Source: Armatimonadota bacterium (GTDB lineage: Bacteria; Armatimonadota; SYMT01). From it: a stretch of 64,000 nt of DNA. Both the position numbers and the translations under genes were made by a program. The stretch is taken from positions 224,001 to 288,000 of the forward strand of contig JAWLHY010000003.1 of the NCBI GenBank assembly GCA_041690135.1. The letters run 5' to 3'. The notes beneath the pieces are model-generated. The model was not told where the DNA came from and made no database searches. It saw only the letters and a program-made list of their open reading frames with translations. This document shows positions 19,019 to 29,326 of this stretch, piece after piece. The stretch's first letter is position 1; the number at the start of each line of letters is the position of its first letter.

Positions 19019-20932
19019 ATGGCGCGTACGGAACGGAGTAGGAAGCACTGGCCCGCGGTAGCCCTGGCCCTGATGGGCCTGGGCCTCACGGTGGTGGCGG
19101 GCACGGCGGCACGACCGGGAACGGCCCAGGAGATGCCGGGAGACCGTCCCAACATCCTGTGGTTGACCTGCGAGGATATGGGACCGCACATCGGCCCTTA
19201 TGGGGACATGTACGCCGTTACTCCCAATCTGGACCGGTTCTCCACCCGCAGCCTTCGTTATCTGAATGCGTGGTCCAACGCTCCGGTGTGCGCTCCGGCT
19301 CGAACCGTGCTGATCTCCGGGATGTATGGGCCGTCCACCGGTTCCGAGCACATGCGCAGCCAGGTCCGCCTGCCGGCGGGCTTCAAGATGTACCCGCAGT
19401 TCCTCCGTGAGGCGGGCTACTACTGCACCAATAACAGCAAGGAAGACTACAACCTGGAGAAGCCGGGCCAGGTGTGGGATGAGTCCTCCGGCAAGGCGCA
19501 CTGGAAGAACCGCAAGCCGGGCCAACCATTTTTCGCCATCTTCAACAGCACGATCACGCACGAGAGCCAGATGCGCAAGCGCCCGCATCGCCTCGTCCAC
19601 GACCCCGCGAAAGCTCGGATTCCAGCCTACCATCCCGACACCCCGGAGAGCCGCCACGACTGGGCCCAGTATTACGACAACATCACGACCATGGACCGGC
19701 AGGTCGGCGATCGGCTCAAGGAGTTGGAGGAGGCCGGCCTGGCGGATAACACCATCGTCTTCTTCTACTCCGACCATGGCTCCGGCATGCCCCGCAACAA
19801 GCGGTGGCCCTACAACTCCGGTCTGCAGGTCCCGCTGATCGTTCACTTCCCCGAGAAGTACCGCCACCTGGCGCCCAAAGAGTACCGGCCCGGCGCTACC
19901 ACGGACCGGCTCGTCAGCTTTGTGGACTTCGCGCCCACTCTCCTCAGCCTGGTGGGCCTCCGACCGGCGGAATATCACCAGGGGCACGCGTTCATGGGCA
20001 AGCACGAGGCGGCTCCGCAGCGGTACGCTTACGGCTTCCGCGGCCGGATGGATGAGCGCGTCGACCTGGTACGCAGCGTGCGAGACGACCGCTACGTGTA
20101 CATCCGCAACTACATGCCGCACCGGATCTACGGCCAGTACATCTCCTATATGTTCGAAACGCCCACCACGGCCGTGTGGAAACAGCTCTTCGACGCCGGC
20201 AAGCTGAACGAGGCCCAGTCGCACTTCTGGCGCGAGAAACCCGTGGAGGAGTTGTATGACCTGCGGAACGACCGGGACGAGGTGAAGAACCTGGCCGGCT
20301 CCCCCGCGCACCGGGAGGTTCTGGAGCGACTCCGCAAGGCCCAGCGGGACCTGGCGGTGCGCGTCCGCGACCTCGGCTTCCTGCCGGAAGGGGAGATGCA
20401 CCGCCGGGCGGAAGGCTCCACCCCCTACGAGATGGGACACGACGGCCGGAAGTATGCTGTCGAAGAGGTGATCCGCGCGGCCGAGCTGGCCAGCATGCCG
20501 GGGAAGAACGACCTCGGGCGGGTCAAGGAACTGCTGAACGACCCGGACAGCGCGGTCCGCTACTGGGCGGCCACGGGTCTCCTGATTCGCGGGGCGGCCG
20601 GGGTAGCCGGCGCCCGCCCCGAGCTGGCGAAGGCGTTGACGGACCGCTCGCCCTTTGTCCGCGCCGCGGCCGCCGAGGCCCTGGCGAAACACACCACCGG
20701 CGAAGAGCTGGAGCGCTCCCTGGCGACGCTCCTGGAGCTCGCCTCACCGCAGAAGGAAGGGGTCTTCGCCTCCATACAGGCCCTGGCGGCCCTGGATGAA
20801 TTGGATAAGAAAGCCAGTACCTGTCTACCGATCCTGAAGCAGCTCGACCCGAAGGACGCCGCCGCGCCTCCTCGGACCGGCGGCTACGTTCCCCGGCTCC
20901 TCGAGAAGAGCATCGCGGACCTGGAGAACTGA
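19019..20932 (+). CDS. Secreted sulfatase with C-terminal HEAT-like repeats
   Basis: RPNILW, CAPAR (CxPxR formylglycine motif), SDHG; DPDSAVRYWAA / DRSPFVRAAAAEAL repeats. Confidence 0.93.
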   Translation: MARTERSRKHWPAVALALMGLGLTVVAGTAARPGTAQEMPGDRPNILWLTCEDMGPHIGPYGDMYAVTPNLDRFSTRSLRYLNAWSNAPVCAPARTVLISGMYGPSTGSEHMRSQVRLPAGFKMYPQFLREAGYYCTNNSKEDYNLEKPGQVWDESSGKAHWKNRKPGQPFFAIFNSTITHESQMRKRPHRLVHDPAKARIPAYHPDTPESRHDWAQYYDNITTMDRQVGDRLKELEEAGLADNTIVFFYSDHGSGMPRNKRWPYNSGLQVPLIVHFPEKYRHLAPKEYRPGATTDRLVSFVDFAPTLLSLVGLRPAEYHQGHAFMGKHEAAPQRYAYGFRGRMDERVDLVRSVRDDRYVYIRNYMPHRIYGQYISYMFETPTTAVWKQLFDAGKLNEAQSHFWREKPVEELYDLRNDRDEVKNLAGSPAHREVLERLRKAQRDLAVRVRDLGFLPEGEMHRRAEGSTPYEMGHDGRKYAVEEVIRAAELASMPGKNDLGRVKELLNDPDSAVRYWAATGLLIRGAAGVAGARPELAKALTDRSPFVRAAAAEALAKHTTGEELERSLATLLELASPQKEGVFASIQALAALDELDKKASTCLPILKQLDPKDAAAPPRTGGYVPRLLEKSIADLEN

Positions 20933-20970
20933 CACTGTAAAGGTTCCAGGCCCGACGTACATCATCCGGA

Positions 20971-21951
20971 CTAGCGAAGTAGCCCCGTGACCAGGGCGGC
21001 GCCTTCTCCGGCGTGGATCATCGGCAGGCCGCGAAGCATGGCCACGCACCCGTCGCGGGGGGACCGGATCTCCTCAAGGACTTCGCCGTCCAGGGCGAGG
21101 ATGCGCCCCAGCCGGTCCCCCGCATTCACTCCCTGAAGTAGCTCCACGTCGGCCGCGAAATATCCGGATGTTCCCGCGGGGATGGGAAGATCCAGGTTCC
21201 CGGAGCCGAGCAGGTGATGGCGCAACGGCACGACCTCCGGTTCTCCGGGGAGCATGCCGAGATGCCGCATCACGTTGACGACCCCGCGCTGGAAGCATTC
21301 CACGTCCTCGGGCCGGGTGCGCCCCGCCCCGGGCGCCTCGGTGTACAGCCAGGGCACGCCCAGGTCCGTGGCCGTTGAGACGGTGCGGCCGGTGGCGCTC
21401 GGGTCCGGAGGATGGCCCCAGATAACCTCGCAGCCGAACGCCCGCGCCGCCGCCTCGGAAGCGCGGCCCAGCGGGGTGTTGTCCCGGGCGTAACCCACCA
21501 GGGTCGGCATGGAGTACTGGATGCCGGCGCTGTGAAGGTCGATCAGGAAGTCCGCCCGCGCGAGGATCTCCTGGGTGATGGCGTGCGCGATCCGCTCGGT
21601 GATCGTCCCGTCGGGTCGCCCCGGAAAGACGCGGGCGAGATTCAGGCCGTCGATCGAGCTGCAGCGCGTGGCCGCCTGGAACGCGGGGACATTGCAGACC
21701 GGCACGGCCAGCAGACGTCCCTGGAGCTGTCCCGGATCGAGGGCGCGAAACAACTCGGGAATGGCGCGGATGCCTTCGTACTCATCCCCGTGGACACCGG
21801 CCAGTAGCGCGAGGGTGGGGCCGTCTTCCCTCCCCCGTGCGGCGAGCACCGGTAGGCAGAGCTCGCTTCCGCCGGGGAGGCGACTAATGGAGAGGACCTG
21901 GGAGACTCGGCTGTGCGGTTCCAGAGCGTCGAGACAAAAGGAAGTGGACAT
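20971..21951 (-). CDS. Succinylglutamate desuccinylase/aspartoacylase family protein
   Basis: AGVHGDEYEG, NLARVFPG, IDLHS motifs; C-terminal biotinyl-like segment. Confidence 0.92.
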   Translation of the reverse strand: MSTSFCLDALEPHSRVSQVLSISRLPGGSELCLPVLAARGREDGPTLALLAGVHGDEYEGIRAIPELFRALDPGQLQGRLLAVPVCNVPAFQAATRCSSIDGLNLARVFPGRPDGTITERIAHAITQEILARADFLIDLHSAGIQYSMPTLVGYARDNTPLGRASEAAARAFGCEVIWGHPPDPSATGRTVSTATDLGVPWLYTEAPGAGRTRPEDVECFQRGVVNVMRHLGMLPGEPEVVPLRHHLLGSGNLDLPIPAGTSGYFAADVELLQGVNAGDRLGRILALDGEVLEEIRSPRDGCVAMLRGLPMIHAGEGAALVTGLLR

Positions 21952-21974
21952 CGGGAAGGATCCTTGGGAAGTGT

Positions 21975-21993
21975 TGCTATAACAGGTATAGCA
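21975..21993. promoter_or_regulatory. Putative GntR operator TGCTATA-N5-TATAGCA (site 1)
   Basis: tgctata-acagg-tatagca, about 24 bp upstream of the deacylase start; matches 42020-42040 and 47752-47770. Confidence 0.7.
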
Positions 21994-22117
21994 GAATGCT
22001 CCGGTCTATCGAGCCGGTGTGAGACTGTTGGTCCGTTCCGCGCCAGGAGATGCGGGGCCTGCGTGATGCATCGTCCGTCCGGCTGTTGTCCGGTGGGCGT
22101 GCGCTTGCCCCCGGCCC

Positions 22118-22316
22118 GCCCCGACCCTGAACGGTCGGGCTCTGTAACGGCACCGTCCCCGCCTGCGCGGGCACGCCTGACGCGCCGACCAAACGCAACG
22201 ACGGGAGTGGTGCCTACGCACCGTCGGCATTCTCCACCGCCATCCCGGAGATGAGACGAACGCCCACGGAGGTGGGCAGCGTGCCGTACCAGAGCCCGAC
22301 CGTTCAGGGTCGGGGC
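22118..22316. repeat. ~200 bp element with 27 bp perfect terminal inverted repeats (REPIN/MITE-like)
   Basis: gccccgaccctgaacggtcgggctctg ... cagagcccgaccgttcagggtcggggc. Confidence 0.75.
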
Positions 22317-22377
22317 TCTACCCCGCGCACGTGAGGGGATTTTGGCCATGGCAGTCATAGGGCCTCGGGAGATTCGT

Positions 22378-24981
22378 ATGCATACCCATCGCACCCCACT
22401 GATGTTGGTTCTATCGGCCACCGCAATTGCCCTCACGTTGAGTGGGGGGCGCCAGCCGGCACGCGCCGATGCGGCAGCAGACATTCCTCGCCTTTCCCCA
22501 CGCAATACCGAAGCCCCCTTCTGCTACCGGCCGGGCGAGACCCGCCGCTGGCCCATTCTCCGGGGTATGTGGGCTGGAGTGGGAGAGGGAAGCGGTAAGC
22601 CCGAGGTGGTCTTCACGGCGCGGCAGGGCGATACGGTCCGGGGACGGGGACCGCTCGTGCGGGTAGACGGGGTGCGCGTGCGCCTGGGAGACGAGGGTCG
22701 GCTGGAAATCTCCGCTCCCGCAGCAGGCTCGAACCCCGCGTTCGACCTGGACGTGGAGCAGAAGCTTCCCGGCGGCGAGGTGGTAAAGCAGACCCTCCGG
22801 GTCCGCGCCGCACCGCCGCCGCGACCGCTCTCTTATTATGCGGACTTCGGCGATGAGCTGATCCGGTTCTTTATGGACGGCAGCGGCCAATACCGGCCGA
22901 TCGAAGAGGATGCCTTCGACCAGTACTTCCGGCGCCTGCAGGCACAGGGGATTACGCGGCTCATCGTGTGGCTGAGCCCCTTCCCGTTCGCGGCCGATCG
23001 CCGGGCCTATGACCCGAAGGATTGGGAACGGTACGAGCAGCGCGCGCGGGCGATCCTGGACTACCCGGACTTGAGCCGGGTGCTGGCGGGCCGGAGTGGG
23101 TTCACTTCGTGGGGCTGGCTGCGGCAGCTCATGGCGACCCACTTCCTGCCCGAGTTCGGGCCGATGCTGGGCCGCAGCGCGGAGAATCACGGCATCCGGC
23201 TGTCGGTCAGCTTCCGCCCCTTCGAGCCGGCCGTGAGCAAATATTACGAGGTCCCCACCTTCGGCCCGGAGGGGGAGTGGGACGGGTGGTTCTTCCCCCT
23301 GGCCTCCCCGGCGGTGACGGAGCATGCGGAGGACGTCTGCTTCGCCCACTACCGGGAGGTGCTCCGGAAGATGGGGCGAGCGGAGTACGGGGAGATCGGC
23401 GAGCTCCGGTTCACCGGCGCGGAGCGGGCGTCGGAGTTCATGAAGAGTTGGGAAGAGGGGAAGTCCCGTCTGCGGATCTTCGCCAGCCCGTACCCGCCGC
23501 AGCAGAGCGACTCTTTTGTCCTGCAGCGCCAGAAGGACGGGGGCTATCGTTTGGTCCGCTGGAAGGACGTGGAAGCCCGCGCCGATGCCCGCCGGCTGGA
23601 GTTGACCGGTTACCGGCTGCGGCTCGACCCGGACGGAAGCCTCCGGGTAACCGGGCTCCGGGTGCCGTCCCATTTCCGTTATCTGCTGGTCACCACCGAG
23701 GGTCCCGAGGCCGCCTCTCCCGCGCCGGACGCGGAGTCCCCCATCACCGTCTGGTCGCGGGCCGGAACGCCGCTGGGACGGCTCAACACCTACTGGGCCC
23801 TGGATGAGAGCACGCCGGAGGGGAAGAAGACCCGCGTGGCCGGGATCCCCGCCGACGGCGAGTACTACAGCCAGTTCTACGCCACGGAGGCGAGCGGGGA
23901 TCAGCACCGCGGCAAGGGCCAGGTGCCCCTGGCCGGGCGCACGCTGGTGGTGGACCGGGGCGACCTGTGGTCGCCGGAGATGGTCGACTTCCGCCGCCCG
24001 GCGGCCCGCGACTATGTGGTCCGGGAACTGCGCTACCTGCTGTCGCTGCCCGGCTTCGACGAGATCTTCCTCAACACTCGCAGTCACACGCAGCTCGCGG
24101 CCTCGACCGCGGATGGCGTGGAAGGCCTTCGTCCCATCGCGCGGTACCGGGCAGAGCGCAAGCCGTACTACCACCTAGGTCTCGACCGGGCTTACGCACC
24201 CCTCTCCGTGGCCGGTGATCCCCGGCTGAAGAAGCTGGCCGGCTCCTCCGATACCGTGGACCGGATCACCACCTGGCAGCCCGGGGAATGGGAAGAGCCT
24301 TGCCAGACGGCAAGCTCCCCCTTCGCGTGGCGGTATGCCCGGAACCAGGCCGTGGCGGAAGGGATGCGGAGCCTGGTGCGGGACCTGGAGCGTGCCTTCC
24401 CACGCACTCGCCTCCGCGTGGTGATCCCCGAGGGGGAAGCGGCCGTGCGGACCGTCGAACGGGAGTTGGAGCAGATGGAGCGTCCCGGAGGCGGCAAGTT
24501 CGGCAAGGCCTACTACAACCAGTTGTGGAACTCGGTGAACCACATCCCCGCGATCGGGGAGGGGATGGCCATGGTGGACCTGTCCGGCCTGCGGGCCGAA
24601 CCGGTGTTCCTCGGCATCCGCTACCTGCCGGACCCGCAGCCGCTGCGGCTCTTCCTGCGCGAGCAGTTGCGCGACCTGGCGGACAACCGGGGCTCGCGCT
24701 TCCGTGGCCCGCGCAGCTACTTCTACGAGGGCCACGAGACCCTCACCTACGCGGGCGACGGCAAGGTGACCACTCCGGAGCGCGCCACCGCGAAGCGCGG
24801 GCGGGAGGAGCGCATCTGCTATCTGCTCTCGCACCCGGCGGAGATCAATGAGGTCATCCTTTACGAGGCCGCCGACTGGGCCTACTTCATGCCGCTCGAC
24901 GATCCCGATTTCTGCGGCCACGGCTATCTCGACCGGCGAGCCGAGGTGCTGAAGGCGGGCGGCTGGAACGTCAGCCCTTGA
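22378..24981 (+). CDS. Large secreted hypothetical protein (possible glycoside hydrolase-like barrel)
   Basis: 867 aa ORF with signal peptide and strong GC3 coding pattern; the fold is a guess. Confidence 0.8.
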   Translation: MHTHRTPLMLVLSATAIALTLSGGRQPARADAAADIPRLSPRNTEAPFCYRPGETRRWPILRGMWAGVGEGSGKPEVVFTARQGDTVRGRGPLVRVDGVRVRLGDEGRLEISAPAAGSNPAFDLDVEQKLPGGEVVKQTLRVRAAPPPRPLSYYADFGDELIRFFMDGSGQYRPIEEDAFDQYFRRLQAQGITRLIVWLSPFPFAADRRAYDPKDWERYEQRARAILDYPDLSRVLAGRSGFTSWGWLRQLMATHFLPEFGPMLGRSAENHGIRLSVSFRPFEPAVSKYYEVPTFGPEGEWDGWFFPLASPAVTEHAEDVCFAHYREVLRKMGRAEYGEIGELRFTGAERASEFMKSWEEGKSRLRIFASPYPPQQSDSFVLQRQKDGGYRLVRWKDVEARADARRLELTGYRLRLDPDGSLRVTGLRVPSHFRYLLVTTEGPEAASPAPDAESPITVWSRAGTPLGRLNTYWALDESTPEGKKTRVAGIPADGEYYSQFYATEASGDQHRGKGQVPLAGRTLVVDRGDLWSPEMVDFRRPAARDYVVRELRYLLSLPGFDEIFLNTRSHTQLAASTADGVEGLRPIARYRAERKPYYHLGLDRAYAPLSVAGDPRLKKLAGSSDTVDRITTWQPGEWEEPCQTASSPFAWRYARNQAVAEGMRSLVRDLERAFPRTRLRVVIPEGEAAVRTVERELEQMERPGGGKFGKAYYNQLWNSVNHIPAIGEGMAMVDLSGLRAEPVFLGIRYLPDPQPLRLFLREQLRDLADNRGSRFRGPRSYFYEGHETLTYAGDGKVTTPERATAKRGREERICYLLSHPAEINEVILYEAADWAYFMPLDDPDFCGHGYLDRRAEVLKAGGWNVSP

Positions 24982-25819
24982 CCGCTCCGAGCTGGATCCC
25001 TTCCACGAAGAACCGCTGCCCGAGAACGAAGATGAGCAGCATCGGGGCGATCATGATGAGGGATCCGGCCATCAGCAGCGGCCACTGGACCGAATGCAGC
25101 TCCTGAAAGGCGGAAAGCGCCACCGGCAGGACATACAGCTCCTGCCGGTGGGTCACCACCAGCGGCCAGAGGAAGCTGGTCCAGGCGCCCAGGAAGGTGA
25201 AGATGCCGAGGGTGGCTACCCCCGGCTTGGCGAGCGGCAGTACGACCCGCGCGAAGACACCGAAATGGCCGCAGCCGTCGATGCGCGCCGCCTCCTCGAT
25301 CTCCACCGGCAGATGCAGGAAGAACTGGCGGAGCATGAAGGTCCCGTAGGGGCTGAACATCGCCGGCAGGATCAGCGCCTGGTAGGTGTTCACCCAGCCC
25401 AACTCGCGCATCAGGATGAACAGCGGGATCAACGTGACGGTAGCCGGGATCATGAGCGTACCCAGGTAGGCGAGGAACACCGTGTCCCGACCCCGCCATG
25501 CCAGCCGGGCGAAGGCGAAGGCGGCCATCGCGCTGGTGAGCACCGTTCCCAGGGTGATCGTCCCGGCCACAAGCATGCTGTTCAGAAAAGCACGTCCCAA
25601 CTGCGCCTCGTTCCACGCCTGCAGGAAGTTCTGCGGATAGGCGGGCCGGGGGAGGAGCCGCGCGGGGTCCAGGATCGGCTGGTCGGGCGACTTGAGCGCC
25701 GTCGCGACCATCCAGACCAGCGGCGCCGCCATCGTCAGGCCCACCAGGACCAGCAGCGCCACGGTGACGGCGCGAGTTACGGGGGACGGTTCTCCGAGAC
25801 GAGAGTGACGAGTCTTCAC
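24971..25819 (-). CDS. Carbohydrate ABC transporter permease (MalG/UgpE-like)
   Basis: EIEEAARIDG EAA motif; GTG start overlaps the upstream TGA. Confidence 0.93.
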   Translation of the reverse strand: MKTRHSRLGEPSPVTRAVTVALLVLVGLTMAAPLVWMVATALKSPDQPILDPARLLPRPAYPQNFLQAWNEAQLGRAFLNSMLVAGTITLGTVLTSAMAAFAFARLAWRGRDTVFLAYLGTLMIPATVTLIPLFILMRELGWVNTYQALILPAMFSPYGTFMLRQFFLHLPVEIEEAARIDGCGHFGVFARVVLPLAKPGVATLGIFTFLGAWTSFLWPLVVTHRQELYVLPVALSAFQELHSVQWPLLMAGSLIMIAPMLLIFVLGQRFFVEGIQLGAVKG

Positions 25820-26766
25820 GCGGAGGCCCTCCCGCCCATGCGCCAGGTGAGGGCCGTCAGGGCGAACACCAGCAGGAACAGCGTGACGGCGATGGCCGCC
25901 GCGTAGCCCATGTGGAACCAGCGAAAACCCTGCTGGAAGATGTAGTAGCTCACCGTGGTGGTCGCCCCGTCCGGCCCGCCACGGGTCATGATGTAGGCCG
26001 AGTCGAAGCCGCCCTGGAAGCCGTGGATGAGGGACATCACCCCGATGAAGAAGGTGGTGGGCCCTAACACCGGCCAGGTCACGTGGCGAAACCGGGCCCA
26101 GGGTCCGGCGCCGTCCAGGGCCGCCGCCTCCAGCAGCTCCCGCGGCACGTCCTGCAGTGCGGCCAGGTACAGCACCATGTTCGTGCCGCCCGCCGCCGCC
26201 CACAGCGTCATCAGCATGATCCCCGGCTTCGACCACTCGTAGCTCTTCAGCCAGCCGGGACCCACAATCCCGATGCGGGCCAGCGCCCAGTTGATCAGTC
26301 CCGCGTCCGGGTTCAGCAGCCACTGCCAGAGGACGTAGATCCCTACCCCCACACAGAGCGACGGGAGGAAGTAGAGGGTCCGGAAGAAGACCTGCGACCG
26401 CCCGCCCCGGTGCAGCAGCAGCGCCAGCCCCAGGGAAGCGGCGACGTTGACGGGGATCCCCAGCATGAGGAACAGGGTGTTGCCCGTGAAGCGCCAGAAC
26501 CGGGGATCGTTCGGCGCCCAGCGGTCCTCACCCGGCACCGGATGGAAACCGAGCAGGTCGACGAAATTGCGCAGCCCGACGAATTTCGGTGGGGTGAAGA
26601 GATTCCACTCGTAGAGGCTCAGGAGCAGGGTCGCCCCGACCGGCAGCAGTGTGAACAGGAGGAAGCCCGCCAGGTTCGGCGCCAGGAACAGGGCGGCGGC
26701 GCCGGCCTCTCCCGTGGGCCGCAGTCCGCGCCGCTTCTTCGGTTTCATGGGGACGGAGGGGTTCAT
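25816..26766 (-). CDS. Carbohydrate ABC transporter permease (MalF/UgpA-like)
   Basis: ELLEAAALDGAG, MTRGGP, GYAAA motifs. Confidence 0.93.
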   Translation of the reverse strand: MNPSVPMKPKKRRGLRPTGEAGAAALFLAPNLAGFLLFTLLPVGATLLLSLYEWNLFTPPKFVGLRNFVDLLGFHPVPGEDRWAPNDPRFWRFTGNTLFLMLGIPVNVAASLGLALLLHRGGRSQVFFRTLYFLPSLCVGVGIYVLWQWLLNPDAGLINWALARIGIVGPGWLKSYEWSKPGIMLMTLWAAAGGTNMVLYLAALQDVPRELLEAAALDGAGPWARFRHVTWPVLGPTTFFIGVMSLIHGFQGGFDSAYIMTRGGPDGATTTVSYYIFQQGFRWFHMGYAAAIAVTLFLLVFALTALTWRMGGRASA

Positions 26767-26777
26767 TTCGAGGATCG

Positions 26778-28034
26778 TCAGTTCCGGCGGGAGAGCACTT
26801 CGCGGATGGAAACGGCCGCCTGTCGCATGGCGACTTCCGGCGTGGCCCGGCGGGAGAGCACGCGGTCGAAGGCGCTGCCGTAGAGGGAGCGGATCTCCGA
26901 GAGGTTCGCTACCCGCGCGTCGGCGCGAAGCCGCCCGGCCCCGCGCCGCAGCACGCGCAGGTCCGGCCGGCCCCGACCGTATTCCTCCACCATCCGGTCC
27001 ATCAGGCGACGGTTCACCGGCACCACGTGGTCCGCCAGCGGCCAGAGCGCATCGGAAGTCAGCAGATGACGCATCAGCTTCCAGGCGAGATCCGGGTGGC
27101 GCGTGGCTCGGGAGATGCAAAAGCCCTGGCTCGAACCCCAGTGCGCCCGGTGCGGCGCTGCGGGGGGAGGGGCGATGTTCCAGCGCATTCCCGCCAGGCG
27201 CTTCCGCAGGTCCGGCATCAGCCAGGTGTGGCCGTAGAACATCGCCGTCTTGCCGCCCTGGAAGGCGACCATCGCCTCCTGCTCGTCCAGGTCGGAGAAG
27301 AGGACCGCGGGGGAGACCCGCCAGCGGTGGATCAGGTCGAGGCTGAACTGCAGGTAGCGCCGCATCTCCGGGCTATCGACGGCCGGCGTCGTGCCGTCCG
27401 GCGTGAGGAGCGCGGCGCCGAACGGTTCAAAGCTGAGGCCACCGCGGTAGCCCCACTGCTCCGGCCGCCCGTCGCCGTTCCGGTCGAGGGTCAGGGCGCG
27501 GGCCTTCTCCACCAGGTCCTCGGTGGTCCAGCCCTCCGCGGGGTAGGAGACGCCCGCCGCGTCGAACAGGGCCTCGTTGTAGACCACGAAATCCATGTCC
27601 ACGCCGAACGGGAAGCCGTACAGCCGGCCCCCGAAACGGTACCAGTCCACTACCTCGCGGAGGAAGCGGTCCGGGGCCAGCGCCGGCTCGGCCCGGACCC
27701 GTTCGTCCAGGTCCAGGAACACGCCCCGCTGGGCGAACTCCCCGAAGCCCATTCCCATCCAGAGGACGTCGGGCGCGTCTCCCGCGGCCATCAGCACCAG
27801 CAGCTTGCCGTAGTAATCGTCCCCCGTAATGGGCAGCGGCCGCACCCGCACGCCGGGGGTCGCGGCCTCGAATTTTGCCAGCGCCTCGCCGTAAATCCGG
27901 CCCCGCGCGGCGGAGGCGGGGAAGGCGAAGACCAGCTCGGGAGGACCGGTGTCCCGGCGGCGCGTACAGCCCGCCAGGCCGCACCATGCCGGCGCCGATA
28001 ACAGCAGGGCTCGCCGGTCCATCCGGGTCCTCAC
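26778..28034 (-). CDS. Sugar ABC transporter substrate-binding lipoprotein
   Basis: RRALL...LAGC lipobox; GDAPDV, YNEALFDAAGV motifs. Confidence 0.92.
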   Translation of the reverse strand: MRTRMDRRALLLSAPAWCGLAGCTRRRDTGPPELVFAFPASAARGRIYGEALAKFEAATPGVRVRPLPITGDDYYGKLLVLMAAGDAPDVLWMGMGFGEFAQRGVFLDLDERVRAEPALAPDRFLREVVDWYRFGGRLYGFPFGVDMDFVVYNEALFDAAGVSYPAEGWTTEDLVEKARALTLDRNGDGRPEQWGYRGGLSFEPFGAALLTPDGTTPAVDSPEMRRYLQFSLDLIHRWRVSPAVLFSDLDEQEAMVAFQGGKTAMFYGHTWLMPDLRKRLAGMRWNIAPPPAAPHRAHWGSSQGFCISRATRHPDLAWKLMRHLLTSDALWPLADHVVPVNRRLMDRMVEEYGRGRPDLRVLRRGAGRLRADARVANLSEIRSLYGSAFDRVLSRRATPEVAMRQAAVSIREVLSRRN

Positions 28035-29320
28035 CGCGTCCCGAGGCGGATGAGATACGGCTCGCTCGCTTTATAGCCGCCCGTGTGCCGGAGCATCGGG
28101 AGCATCAGGTCCCCCGTTTCCCGGTCCTCCCACACCGCCGTGTGGGTGCAAAGCTCCACCCCTTCTGTGTCCTCCGGCCGGCGCTCGTCGATGGTGAGCA
28201 CGCTCTCCCGGATCAGCATCAGGCTCCGGGGATCGACTTCCCCCACCACCAGCGGGGAGCGGGGGTCGTTGGCGCGCGGGTTCGTGGGGCTGATGTTGCC
28301 GATCCAATAATACCGGCCGTTGGAATGGCGCAGGAGCTGCGACATGCTGCTGGGGGAATGGAACGGCGTGCCGTCGGTGTACTTCCAGGGCTCGGGCTTC
28401 GACCAGCGGTAGCCCCCATCCCGCGACACGGAGTACCACTTGTAACCCGGAAGCCGGTACTCGGGGTCCTTCGAGCCGCCGTTGCTGCCGCGCATCACCA
28501 TCAACAGCCGACCGTCGGGCAGTTCGGTGATCGTCGGCTCGATCATCCCGCGGGAAGTGCGCGCCGGGTCGCCCTGGACCCGCTCCGAAACTTCCCACTC
28601 CAGGCGGTTGCCCGGCTTCCAGGTGCCGATCAGCACCACGACATCGGTGTAGGTGAACCCGCCGCCCGGCGAGGAGAGTTCTCCGTCCGGCCCGAGGGTG
28701 CAGACCTGGGCCGGCACGAGGATCTTTCCCCCGCGGGTCCGCAGCAGCAGGGAGCCCGCATCCCCCATGAAGATTCCGTTCTTGCCCGTCCAGACCCCCT
28801 CGAAGGGATGCTTCTCTGTGTAGTCACCCTTCTGCACGATCGGCTCGTCGAAGAGGTAGGTTCGGCCGCCGTCCGTGGAGACCCGGTAGCGAAGGTAGTA
28901 GGTCTTCAAGGCGATTGACGGCTCGATGAGCTTTGGGTCGAGCCCCGGCGTGTCCATGGAGTTCAGGACCATCACCACGCGGCCGTTGCTCGGGTCGACA
29001 AAGAGAGGGTGGGGCTCGCGGCGGTAGCCAGCGGGGAGCTTCCCGTCGAAGTCCGGCTGGGGAACGAAAGCCCGCCAGGTCCGGCCGTTATCCGGGGAGT
29101 AGCCGCCCGCCGCCAGGAGCTCCGTGCCCTTCCGCTTCAGGTAGACGCCGTTGGCCAGGGGCGATGCGGAAGCCAGCTTCTGACGCAGTTTGAGGGTGAG
29201 CTTGCCGGGCTTGCGTGCCGCCTTTCCGGGTGCGGACCCGGCGAGGGCGGTGTTCCCCGTGCTTCCCATTACGGTGAACAGGGCGGTTCCCAAAAGAACG
29301 ATCCATCCGCGGCGTTGCAT
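28031..29320 (-). CDS. Secreted BNR/Asp-box sialidase-fold protein
   Basis: Asp-boxes YSPDNGRTW, STDGGRTY, SRDGGYRW; EPTITELPDGRLLMVMR; signal peptide. Confidence 0.88.
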   Translation of the reverse strand: MQRRGWIVLLGTALFTVMGSTGNTALAGSAPGKAARKPGKLTLKLRQKLASASPLANGVYLKRKGTELLAAGGYSPDNGRTWRAFVPQPDFDGKLPAGYRREPHPLFVDPSNGRVVMVLNSMDTPGLDPKLIEPSIALKTYYLRYRVSTDGGRTYLFDEPIVQKGDYTEKHPFEGVWTGKNGIFMGDAGSLLLRTRGGKILVPAQVCTLGPDGELSSPGGGFTYTDVVVLIGTWKPGNRLEWEVSERVQGDPARTSRGMIEPTITELPDGRLLMVMRGSNGGSKDPEYRLPGYKWYSVSRDGGYRWSKPEPWKYTDGTPFHSPSSMSQLLRHSNGRYYWIGNISPTNPRANDPRSPLVVGEVDPRSLMLIRESVLTIDERRPEDTEGVELCTHTAVWEDRETGDLMLPMLRHTGGYKASEPYLIRLGTR

Positions 29321-29326
29321 CCGATC

